From: a virus
DNA length: 32,457 nucleotides
Virus record (IMG/VR): IMGVR_UViG_3300045988_169227
Coordinates: 1-32,457 of that record
Reading direction: 5' to 3' (one strand)
Made by a program: the position numbers and the translations under genes. Below the pieces are notes generated by a model. The model was given only the letters and a program-made list of their open reading frames with translations. It was not told the origin of the DNA and searched no databases. Position 1 is the stretch's first letter; each line of letters opens with the position of its first letter. Positions 15,049-20,909 of this stretch are shown piece after piece.

Positions 15049-15113
15049 TTTTTTACAATGGTATTTTACCATAATTTACGGGAGTTGTCAAACGATTTTT
15101 ACATATTTTTACA
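15049..15113 (-). promoter_or_regulatory. strong promoter TTGACA-17-TAAAAT with a palindromic operator over the -10 and flanking direct repeats
   Basis: -35 at 15086-15091 and -10 at 15063-15068 (minus strand). The palindrome ATGGTAaaaTACCAT at 15058-15072 overlaps the -10. TGTAAAAAT occurs twice in tandem at 15095-15113, and a third, related copy lies at 15049-15057. Confidence 0.65.
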
Positions 15114-15129
15114 GATTTATAAAAATATT

Positions 15130-15330
15130 TTATTTTTTTGCTTTTCTTTCGCTGTACGCCTGTTTTAACCGTTCGCAAGGCTCTCCGCTACATTTTGGCT
15201 CGGAGCAGTTACAGCACAGTTCGATTTCGCACTCGTACTTTATGTTCAGGTTTGGCTTGCTGTGCAACTTTGTCGAATAAGGTCTAACGCCTATAATCGG
15301 TTCAGTTCTGATTAGTCTTTGTCTTATCAT
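15130..15330 (-). CDS. small Cys-rich protein (66 aa)
   Basis: ATG at 15330 follows a GGGGGAG SD. It contains a YECEIELCCNCSEPKCSGEPC cluster. It overlaps the sigma-like gene's end by 29 nt. Confidence 0.45.
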   Translation of the reverse strand: MIRQRLIRTEPIIGVRPYSTKLHSKPNLNIKYECEIELCCNCSEPKCSGEPCERLKQAYSERKAKK

Positions 15331-15757
15331 CTTCTCCCCCTTGCGCCGCGCTGATTTTTGTAAGCGCTTCGGCATAAAGCGAAGCCACCTTTCGTTCGCT
15401 ATAATTAACTTTTTCGGGAACTTCTTTCCACGGAGTGCCTATCAAATGCCGATGAATAATGACGAGTTGCTCGTCTTCGGTTAAGAGTTTCAACCCGTCG
15501 GCGATTTCGTTTCCGATTTCGAAAAACTCCGTAAGCGTTTCGTCTCTCAATGATTCGAACTTTTCTATTTGATTCAGAACACGCTCTTCTATCGATATTT
15601 TTACTCCGCCGTCCGCCCGGACGGCTTCGTAATCAATTGCGGTCATTCCGCCCGATTTTTTCGTTTCATTGATAAGTTCAACAAGTGATTTGTATATCTT
15701 TGCGAGTTTGTTGTACTTTTCATAACGCTGTTTTATCGCTATCTCGTTCTGTGTCAT
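15302..15757 (-). CDS. sigma-70 region-4-like / DUF1492-like transcriptional regulator, a candidate late activator
   Basis: The C-terminal LTEDEQLVIIHRHLIGTPWKEVPEKVNYSERKVASLYAEALTKI resembles the sigma r4 HTH of ArpU/RinA/DUF1492-type phage regulators. Confidence 0.55.
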   Translation of the reverse strand: MTQNEIAIKQRYEKYNKLAKIYKSLVELINETKKSGGMTAIDYEAVRADGGVKISIEERVLNQIEKFESLRDETLTEFFEIGNEIADGLKLLTEDEQLVIIHRHLIGTPWKEVPEKVNYSERKVASLYAEALTKISAAQGGEDDKTKTNQN

Positions 15758-15905
15758 CAGAATCTCCCCCGTCCACTTCTTTTACTATCTGCCGACAAAT
15801 TTCGTACGCCTCGTCGGCTTTTATACTTTGCCTTTTACCGCTCCAAAGGTCGTTGACCTTACCGACGAGCGTTTGCAGTAATTCGTTCGCTTTAGCCCTA
15901 CTCAT
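15720..15905 (-). CDS. hypothetical protein (61 aa)
   Basis: ATG at 15905 has an AAGGAG SD and an ATGA overlap with the upstream stop. The track start at 15932 is an extension. Confidence 0.45.
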   Translation of the reverse strand: MSRAKANELLQTLVGKVNDLWSGKRQSIKADEAYEICRQIVKEVDGGDSDDTERDSDKTAL

Positions 15906-16087
15906 ACGCGTTCTCCTTTGAGTTTTTGCCACAACTCGTAAGCCTTACGCCCGTGAGCGGTTTCGAGATTGAAAAACGGATCGCCGTTACCCTGCGCGTC
16001 CTTAATAAATATAACGCCGTCGCTCACGACTGCTTCGCTTCCGTCATCACCATTGTAGATTGTTCTTTTGCCGATTTTAAGTTTCAT
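15902..16087 (-). CDS. hypothetical protein (61 aa)
   Basis: AAAGGAG SD 6 nt upstream of the ATG. Confidence 0.5.
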   Translation of the reverse strand: MKLKIGKRTIYNGDDGSEAVVSDGVIFIKDAQGNGDPFFNLETAHGRKAYELWQKLKGERV

Positions 16088-16098
16088 ATTTCACTCCT

Positions 16099-16746
16099 TT
16101 ATCTTTTTATATCGAAGTATCCGCCGTTTATAGCCGTCTGCAACGCTTCGATTTTTTCATCTTCATCAAGCCGCTGTTTATCCATTTCGTAAAGTATGTC
16201 GGTAAGTTTATCGTTAGTAAGAGTTCGTCCGTTGAGTTGGCAATGCTTTATAAAACGCCACATTATAGGCTTAACGCCGTCTTCTAACTGCATATCGTTC
16301 ATCACGTCATCGTATGTTTCCCGGGCGTTTTCAGCCGCATTCAAACATTCCCCGCCGCCGTTCTGCGTCATTGTGGAAACGATAAGCGGCTTCCCTTCCG
16401 AAGCCTTGTCCGTATAGGCATTGTTCTGATTGATATATAACTTTGACTTTTCTTTCGTGTAGACCGTTTCTTTATAGCGGTCTTTTTGAATATAGTTATG
16501 TATTCTCCAATGTTTTATTACTATAACGCCGCTCGCGAAAGTCAATATAAATCGCTTCATAACTAATAACTTACAGTCATCATCAGAAGCCCCGACCGTC
16601 CGCTGTATTCTTTTCGGGTTATTAACGAACCCGTCATCATCGGCTCTCATCGATAAGTGAAAGTATAAAGCCTGCGCCGAGAGCGGCATATCCAAAAAAG
16701 CGTCGCTATCAATGATAGTTTTCGCAAACATTCTTCGTTCTGACAT
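16099..16746 (-). CDS. phage replisome organiser (DnaD-like N-terminal domain)
   Basis: MFAKTIIDSDAFLDMPLSAQALYFHLSMRADDDGFVNNPKRI matches the Phage_rep_org_N pattern. Confidence 0.8.
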   Translation of the reverse strand: MSERRMFAKTIIDSDAFLDMPLSAQALYFHLSMRADDDGFVNNPKRIQRTVGASDDDCKLLVMKRFILTFASGVIVIKHWRIHNYIQKDRYKETVYTKEKSKLYINQNNAYTDKASEGKPLIVSTMTQNGGGECLNAAENARETYDDVMNDMQLEDGVKPIMWRFIKHCQLNGRTLTNDKLTDILYEMDKQRLDEDEKIEALQTAINGGYFDIKR

Positions 16747-16768
16747 TTTTTACTCCTTTACCAATTGA

Positions 16769-16813
16769 AAACACCTTACTGTCGGGAGAGCCAATTCCCT
16801 AAGTAAGGTGTTT
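16769..16813 (-). promoter_or_regulatory. 12-bp stem hairpin in the 5' leader of the replisome-organiser gene (attenuator or terminator-like)
   Basis: The minus RNA has AAACACCUUACU and AGUAAGGUGUUU arms with a 21-nt loop. UCAAUU and the SD follow it. Confidence 0.4.
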
Positions 16814-16937
16814 CATACCAAAGTTTAATTATTCAGGCTTTGTTTAAGAGTGTTTCAAAATAACAAGGCTCTCAAACCTGATTATTCATTCGTTAATATT
16901 AACAAAGTGGCTCTGAATAATCAACCTTTGTACCGCT

Positions 16938-16966
16938 ATTTTACCACTTCCCAAATAGGAAGTCAA
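16938..16966 (-). promoter_or_regulatory. promoter TTGACT-17-TAAAAT
   Basis: The minus strand reads TTGACTtcctatttgggaagtggTAAAAT. It lies about 190 nt upstream of the replisome-organiser ATG. Confidence 0.6.
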
Positions 16967-16995
16967 TCGTTTTGTACACTTTTTTACGATTTTTT

Positions 16996-17409
16996 TCAAA
17001 TATCTTTGTTCGTAATCTCTTTTATAACTATACCGTACCGTTCTGCCATAAGGCGTTTTTTAAGCCTATACAGCGGAGTTTTGGTCGCTTCAGACTTCGT
17101 GTCTTCCACGACCGTTTCTCCGTTTTTGTCGTATACAAAATCAGCGACGTAGGCTATTTCGCGCCCATATATTGACTTTTCTACAAGCACATACTTTACC
17201 TGACGGCGTAGATTTTTAATTTCGCCGTTATACTGCATAAGCCCGAGCGCGAACCACCGGCGAAGTTCTAACTTACTATCAAAAGTGCCGTCGCGCGTCG
17301 TTACTTTAACGTTCCCGAATTTCCCGCCTTTCGCTGTGGACTTTTTATAGCAACTCAAACAAAAGTTACCGCGCGAGATATACGCGCCGCATTGCTCGCA
17401 TTTAGCCAT
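16996..17409 (-). CDS. DUF1064 family protein (PD-(D/E)xK-like nuclease) with an N-terminal zinc ribbon
   Basis: KFGNVKVTTRDGTFDSKLE...IAYVADFVY...VVEDTK...YRLKKRLMAERYG matches the DUF1064 pattern found next to ssb in Bacillota phages. CEQCG...CLSC lies at the N-terminus. Confidence 0.75.
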   Translation of the reverse strand: MAKCEQCGAYISRGNFCLSCYKKSTAKGGKFGNVKVTTRDGTFDSKLELRRWFALGLMQYNGEIKNLRRQVKYVLVEKSIYGREIAYVADFVYDKNGETVVEDTKSEATKTPLYRLKKRLMAERYGIVIKEITNKDI

Positions 17410-17411
17410 AA

Positions 17412-17810
17412 TCAGAACGGCAAATCGTCATCGTCGCACGGCTCTAATTTCGGCTTCTCTTCGCCCTTTGTGCCGGGCTTTTCTTTGTCGTCCGACCGTG
17501 CGCTTAAAACCTCTATTTCGCTCGCCACAACGTCCGTCACGGTGCGCTTAACGCCGCTTTTATCTTCATAAGTGCGGTTCTGTAAACTACCGACGACACA
17601 GACCTTTTTACCTTTTGCGAGGAACTTTGCACAAGTTTCCGCTTTCCCTCTCCACGTCGTTATGTTGAAGAAGTCCGTTTCACGGTCGCCGTCTGCGTTA
17701 GCAAACGGGCGGTTGACCGCTATACTGAATTTACAGAAAGCAACGCCCGAGGATGTTTCCGACAACTCGGGGTCTTGGGTAAGGTTTCCGATTAAAATGA
17801 CCTTATTCAT
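17412..17810 (-). CDS. ssb: single-stranded DNA-binding protein
   Basis: MNKVILIGNLTQDPEL OB-fold start and an acidic DDDDLPF C-terminal tip. Confidence 0.9.
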   Translation of the reverse strand: MNKVILIGNLTQDPELSETSSGVAFCKFSIAVNRPFANADGDRETDFFNITTWRGKAETCAKFLAKGKKVCVVGSLQNRTYEDKSGVKRTVTDVVASEIEVLSARSDDKEKPGTKGEEKPKLEPCDDDDLPF

Positions 17811-18052
17811 TTAATCTCCCTCCAAATAGCGAGCCTTGCCTGAAGTACGCAGGCATAGTTAATCATCGCGTCAAGTTGCTGTAAAAGCAGGTATTTTTCC
17901 GCTTCGTTCATCTTTTCGTGTATGGGCGAAGTCATAAATAACGAAAGTTTCGCTATCTTCTCGTTCAGAGCGGTATACTCTTTGATAACCCTGTCTTTTG
18001 CCGTTTCAACTACCGAGTTGTTCTCGGCGATTGCTTGTTTGTTGTTTTCCAT
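17807..18052 (-). CDS. hypothetical protein (81 aa)
   Basis: AAGGAG SD and an ATGA overlap with the ssb start. Confidence 0.55.
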   Translation of the reverse strand: MENNKQAIAENNSVVETAKDRVIKEYTALNEKIAKLSLFMTSPIHEKMNEAEKYLLLQQLDAMINYACVLQARLAIWREIK

Positions 18053-18057
18053 TTTGT

Positions 18058-18501
18058 TTACTCCTTTTGATTTATTATAAATTGAGCCGTTTTAGGCTCT
18101 TCTAACGCCTGTAAAAAGGCGTTTATTGCCTTTTCGAGCGGAGCATAAGAAACTCCGTTTTTTCTTTCAAACTCGATATTCGGAAGTATGCCGTAAAGCA
18201 TTTCCTTAACTCGCGAAAGTACCTCGAAAAAAGTTCTTTCGTTGTCGGGTACGTCCGCCGAAGTCTGCGCTATTCTAAAGCCCTTATACCCGTTATGAGA
18301 GATGACGGGAAACTTTTTCTTCAGCGCGGACACATACGCCCGCGCTTCCCTTTCGCCTGAAAGCCCCACAACCGCCGCTATTTCTTCTTTTTGAACGCCC
18401 TTTGACGAAGTTCCCGTCTGAAGCAATCTCGCCGCTTTTATAAGCCTTTGGCGCGTCGCTTCGTCGTAGTCTTTATTTAGCATTTGCTTTGCAGTCAACA
18501 T
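18058..18501 (-). CDS. hypothetical protein (147 aa), possibly a winged-helix protein
   Basis: GGGAG SD. No diagnostic motif. Confidence 0.55.
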   Translation of the reverse strand: MLTAKQMLNKDYDEATRQRLIKAARLLQTGTSSKGVQKEEIAAVVGLSGEREARAYVSALKKKFPVISHNGYKGFRIAQTSADVPDNERTFFEVLSRVKEMLYGILPNIEFERKNGVSYAPLEKAINAFLQALEEPKTAQFIINQKE

Positions 18502-18515
18502 TGCCTAATCTCCCG

Positions 18516-19205
18516 TTAAAGTTTATGTAGTTCGATTTTTGCCTTTAATTCGTCGTATAACGCTTGCGGCATATCTCCGAAGCCGTAGCCGTGCGTTTTG
18601 ACGAACTCGTTTACGTTCTTCTTCGTTTCGTCGATATTCGGCGAACTCTTCGTTATGAGCATTGAAAGTTCTTTCGTGCGGTCTGCCTTTCTCTTATCCC
18701 GCTCGGCTTTCGCTTGTTCGTCAGCCCCGGGGAAAGCTTTCTTTTCCACTTCGCCCTTTTCCGTCTTGCCTACTTCGTCGTACTTCGTCGTGTCTTTCGC
18801 GTAATACACGTCTGCGCCGATTCCGAGTGCCTTACACGCCACGCTTATAGCGTCTGTGTATGCCTTTTTGTACGCGTCGTCGTCGTTGTATTTACCGTTC
18901 TTTTCGTTCGATATAAACATTGCCCCGCCGATTCCGTATATAGGCTTGCTCCATTCGTTATTGACTTTAACGTAAAGATTGATTTCAACCGTTGCCACGA
19001 CTTCACCGTCCGCGCCCTCGGTCAACTCCTTACGTATGAGTTCAGTGTACCAGCCTAAGCCGCATATTCCGAACTGCTCCGTAAGCGTCTTTATACGCCA
19101 CATAGGGTTTATGTCTGTCTTTCCTTTAAGTCTACCCGCCGTGATCTCTTTTTGCGCTTCCTGCGGTACTTTCCGCACTTTGTTGTACAGTTCTAAATTT
19201 TCCAT
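18516..19205 (-). CDS. Rad52/Sak-like single-strand annealing protein (229 aa)
   Basis: NPMWRIKTLTEQFGICGLGW and AYKKAYTDAISVACKALGIGADVYY resemble Rad52/22-family SSAPs. The ATG at 19205 has an AAAGGAG SD; the track start at 19295 overlaps the upstream gene. Confidence 0.6.
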   Translation of the reverse strand: MENLELYNKVRKVPQEAQKEITAGRLKGKTDINPMWRIKTLTEQFGICGLGWYTELIRKELTEGADGEVVATVEINLYVKVNNEWSKPIYGIGGAMFISNEKNGKYNDDDAYKKAYTDAISVACKALGIGADVYYAKDTTKYDEVGKTEKGEVEKKAFPGADEQAKAERDKRKADRTKELSMLITKSSPNIDETKKNVNEFVKTHGYGFGDMPQALYDELKAKIELHKL

Positions 19206-19215
19206 ATAATCTCCT

Positions 19216-19863
19216 TTATCTTCCGAGTAAAAATCTCGGTATCTCCCATTTTCTCGAGTTTGAAACTCCGTCTTCTCTGCGTTTTTTCGCTTCATATTCG
19301 TAGCAGTCGCATTTGCCGTTTTGCGGGCAAACCCAGCATTGAATATATGAGCCGTCCGCCGCGTCGTTGTTGGTACAATGCTTAGCCGCTAAAAAGGCGT
19401 TTATTCGCGCGTCTTTTTCTTTCGCGCGTCTTTCTTCGGCTCGGCGGTGAAATTCCGCTCTTACCGCGTTTATGTGCGTTTCTGATAGAGATTTTAACGC
19501 TATCTTGCGGATAAATTCTAACTCCGCGTCGTCCTTTACGGTTAAGTTGTCGTAATCGATAAGCCCGTCTACGTGCGTATAAAAACTCTCCTTTATACGC
19601 ACGTCTCCGGGTATAGCCGTTTTTTCGTAAAACTCTCTGAACGCCGCTATATCGTCATTGAAGTTGAATAACCAACCCCCGAAGTCGCTCTCCTTAAAAG
19701 CCGAACTCCTTTGAAGTATAGTAAGATGAGTTTTATAGTCTTCAACGTTTATGTTAATATACCCGCGTATCGAAGCCGTGTGCGCGTCCATATTAGTGTA
19801 AGTCTTTTTGTCCTTGAAAACCTTAGCATAAGCCTTACCGTCTTTAGCGAATAGATATAACAT
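19216..19863 (-). CDS. hypothetical protein (215 aa) with a Cys-rich C-terminus
   Basis: AAAGGAG SD 7 nt upstream of the ATG. Contains CWVCPQNGKCDC. Confidence 0.6.
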   Translation of the reverse strand: MLYLFAKDGKAYAKVFKDKKTYTNMDAHTASIRGYININVEDYKTHLTILQRSSAFKESDFGGWLFNFNDDIAAFREFYEKTAIPGDVRIKESFYTHVDGLIDYDNLTVKDDAELEFIRKIALKSLSETHINAVRAEFHRRAEERRAKEKDARINAFLAAKHCTNNDAADGSYIQCWVCPQNGKCDCYEYEAKKRREDGVSNSRKWEIPRFLLGR

Positions 19864-20116
19864 CGTCGCACTCCTTTATGCCGAGTAAATCGTCCATATT
19901 ATAGCCTTGTTCTTCGGCTATATCATAAACCGCGTCGGCTAACTTCCCGATAAAAGCGAAACGCTGTAAATCTTCGTTTACTTCGTCTTCTTTACCGAGT
20001 AAATGATGACTGTCTGCGTTCTTGCTCGCCCTGTTTAACTCCCGTTGTATCGCGCGCCCGATTGCTATAAGCGAGCGCGCCGTGGCTTTGTTTTTAGGCT
20101 TTATAGTTGGTATCAT
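19844..20116 (-). CDS. hypothetical protein (90 aa)
   Basis: ATG at 20116 follows a GGAG SD. The track start at 20197 overlaps the small ORF at 20130..20306. Confidence 0.5.
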   Translation of the reverse strand: MIPTIKPKNKATARSLIAIGRAIQRELNRASKNADSHHLLGKEDEVNEDLQRFAFIGKLADAVYDIAEEQGYNMDDLLGIKECDDVISIR

Positions 20117-20129
20117 TTTTTTAACTCCA

Positions 20130-20306
20130 TTATATAGCCTGTATCTGAATAACGTCTTCAAGTTCGTAGGTTTTATAACCCGAACCCTGCGGCGCAAGGT
20201 AAACGGTGATTTCGCCGTCGATAGGACTTACTTCAATATAGTTGACGTTTAGAACTTCATCAACTATCTTTCCGTCTTTGTTTCTGTGAATGATTTTCAT
20301 AGCCAT
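20130..20306 (-). CDS. hypothetical protein (58 aa), not in the ORF track
   Basis: My translation is MAMKIIHRNKDGKIVDEVLNVNYIEVSPIDGEITVYLAPQGSGYKTYELEDVIQIQAI. A TAAAGGAG SD lies 7 nt before the ATG at 20306. It fills an otherwise empty gap. Confidence 0.55.
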   Translation of the reverse strand: MAMKIIHRNKDGKIVDEVLNVNYIEVSPIDGEITVYLAPQGSGYKTYELEDVIQIQAI

Positions 20307-20364
20307 TTTTTACTCCTTTATCAAAGGGGGAGTTAGATTTTTTAAGCCCCCTTTATTCTCTTTA

Positions 20365-20577
20365 TTATTTTTGCCTTTTTGCTTTACTTTTCAATATCGC
20401 GTCTATAACGTCGCGTTCGTTGCTGTTATATAACTCCGCGAGTATTAAAACGTTCGCGATACCAGGCGTTCTCGTTCCCTGCTCGTAGTGGTCGATAGTT
20501 CCCTTCGACACGCCGAGAGCGGCAGCGACGGTTTTAACTTTAAGCCCTGCGCGTTTCCTTAAATCTCTTAAGTCCAT
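20365..20577 (-). CDS. Cro/CI-type HTH regulator (70 aa), first gene of the early operon
   Basis: RKRAGLKVKTVAAALGVSKGTIDHYEQG is an HTH. The ATG at 20577 has an AAGGAGG SD. The track extension to 20658 would cover the promoter. Confidence 0.8.
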   Translation of the reverse strand: MDLRDLRKRAGLKVKTVAAALGVSKGTIDHYEQGTRTPGIANVLILAELYNSNERDVIDAILKSKAKRQK

Positions 20578-20607
20578 AAGTTTACCTCCTTGTTTGATTT
20601 CGTCCCT

Positions 20608-20636
20608 ATAATAGCATACCTTACGGGCATAGTCAA
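20608..20636 (-). promoter_or_regulatory. early promoter TTGACT-17-TATTAT with an A/T-rich UP-like region
   Basis: The minus strand reads TTGACTatgcccgtaaggtatgcTATTAT, with -35 at 20631-20636 and -10 at 20608-20613. A/T tracts at 20651-20678 lie upstream. Confidence 0.65.
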
Positions 20637-20679
20637 CCGTTTTGTATACATTTTTCAAAAAAAATTAAAAAATTTTTCT

Positions 20680-20695
20680 CTCACGCGCGCGTGAG
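20680..20695. repeat. 16-bp perfect GC-rich palindrome CTCACGCGCGCGTGAG
   Basis: Read directly from the sequence. It is embedded in very AT-rich non-coding DNA and contains an alternating (CG)4 core. Confidence 0.9.
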
Positions 20696-20754
20696 CGCTA
20701 TGATATATAATATATATATTTATTTATATTCTTTCTTTCATACTTTATACTTAC

Positions 20755-20775
20755 CTAACTCTAACCTAACCTAAC
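20755..20775. repeat. pentanucleotide tandem repeat, (CTAAC) x4
   Basis: ctaac-t-ctaac-ctaac-ctaac, read directly from the sequence in the non-coding hub. Confidence 0.85.
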
Positions 20776-20846
20776 CTGTGTCTCCATTTTGTGTACAACT
20801 TGGAAACGGTTTGGATACAGAAAATAGTAAAAAGTTTTCCGTAAAA

Positions 20847-20880
20847 TAAAAAAAGACGCCCCTTTTGGGAGCGTCTTTTA
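20847..20880 (-). terminator. strong rho-independent terminator at the end of the late operon, with bidirectional shape
   Basis: AGACGCCCC-UUUU-GGGAGCGUCU stem of 9 bp with one bulge. It is flanked by an A7 run on the plus strand (a U-run on the minus RNA) and by TTTT on the other side. Confidence 0.8.
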
Positions 20881-20909
20881 CTAAGTATTAAAATGTTGAT
20901 TTTTGAGTG

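Noticed and set aside
20320-20352. AAGGGGG...CCCCCUU stem after the Cro-like gene, considered as a terminator.
   Set aside because: The stem is 7 bp with a 16-nt loop and no U-tract. A terminator here would also cut the early operon off from its only promoter.
20755-20775. (CTAAC)x4, equal to (GTTAG)x4 on the other strand, as a telomere-like repeat of a linear plasmid-prophage.
   Set aside because: There are only four copies and they are internal to a circularly closing contig. No protelomerase or telomere-resolvase-like gene is present. An iteron or protein-binding role is more plausible.
20700-20880. A small plus-strand RNA in the non-coding hub that would use the bidirectional-looking terminator at 20847-20880.
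   Set aside because: Only poor plus-strand promoter matches are present (TTGTGT-17-TGGATA and TTGGAA-19-TAGTAA). There is no supporting structure beyond the terminator itself.
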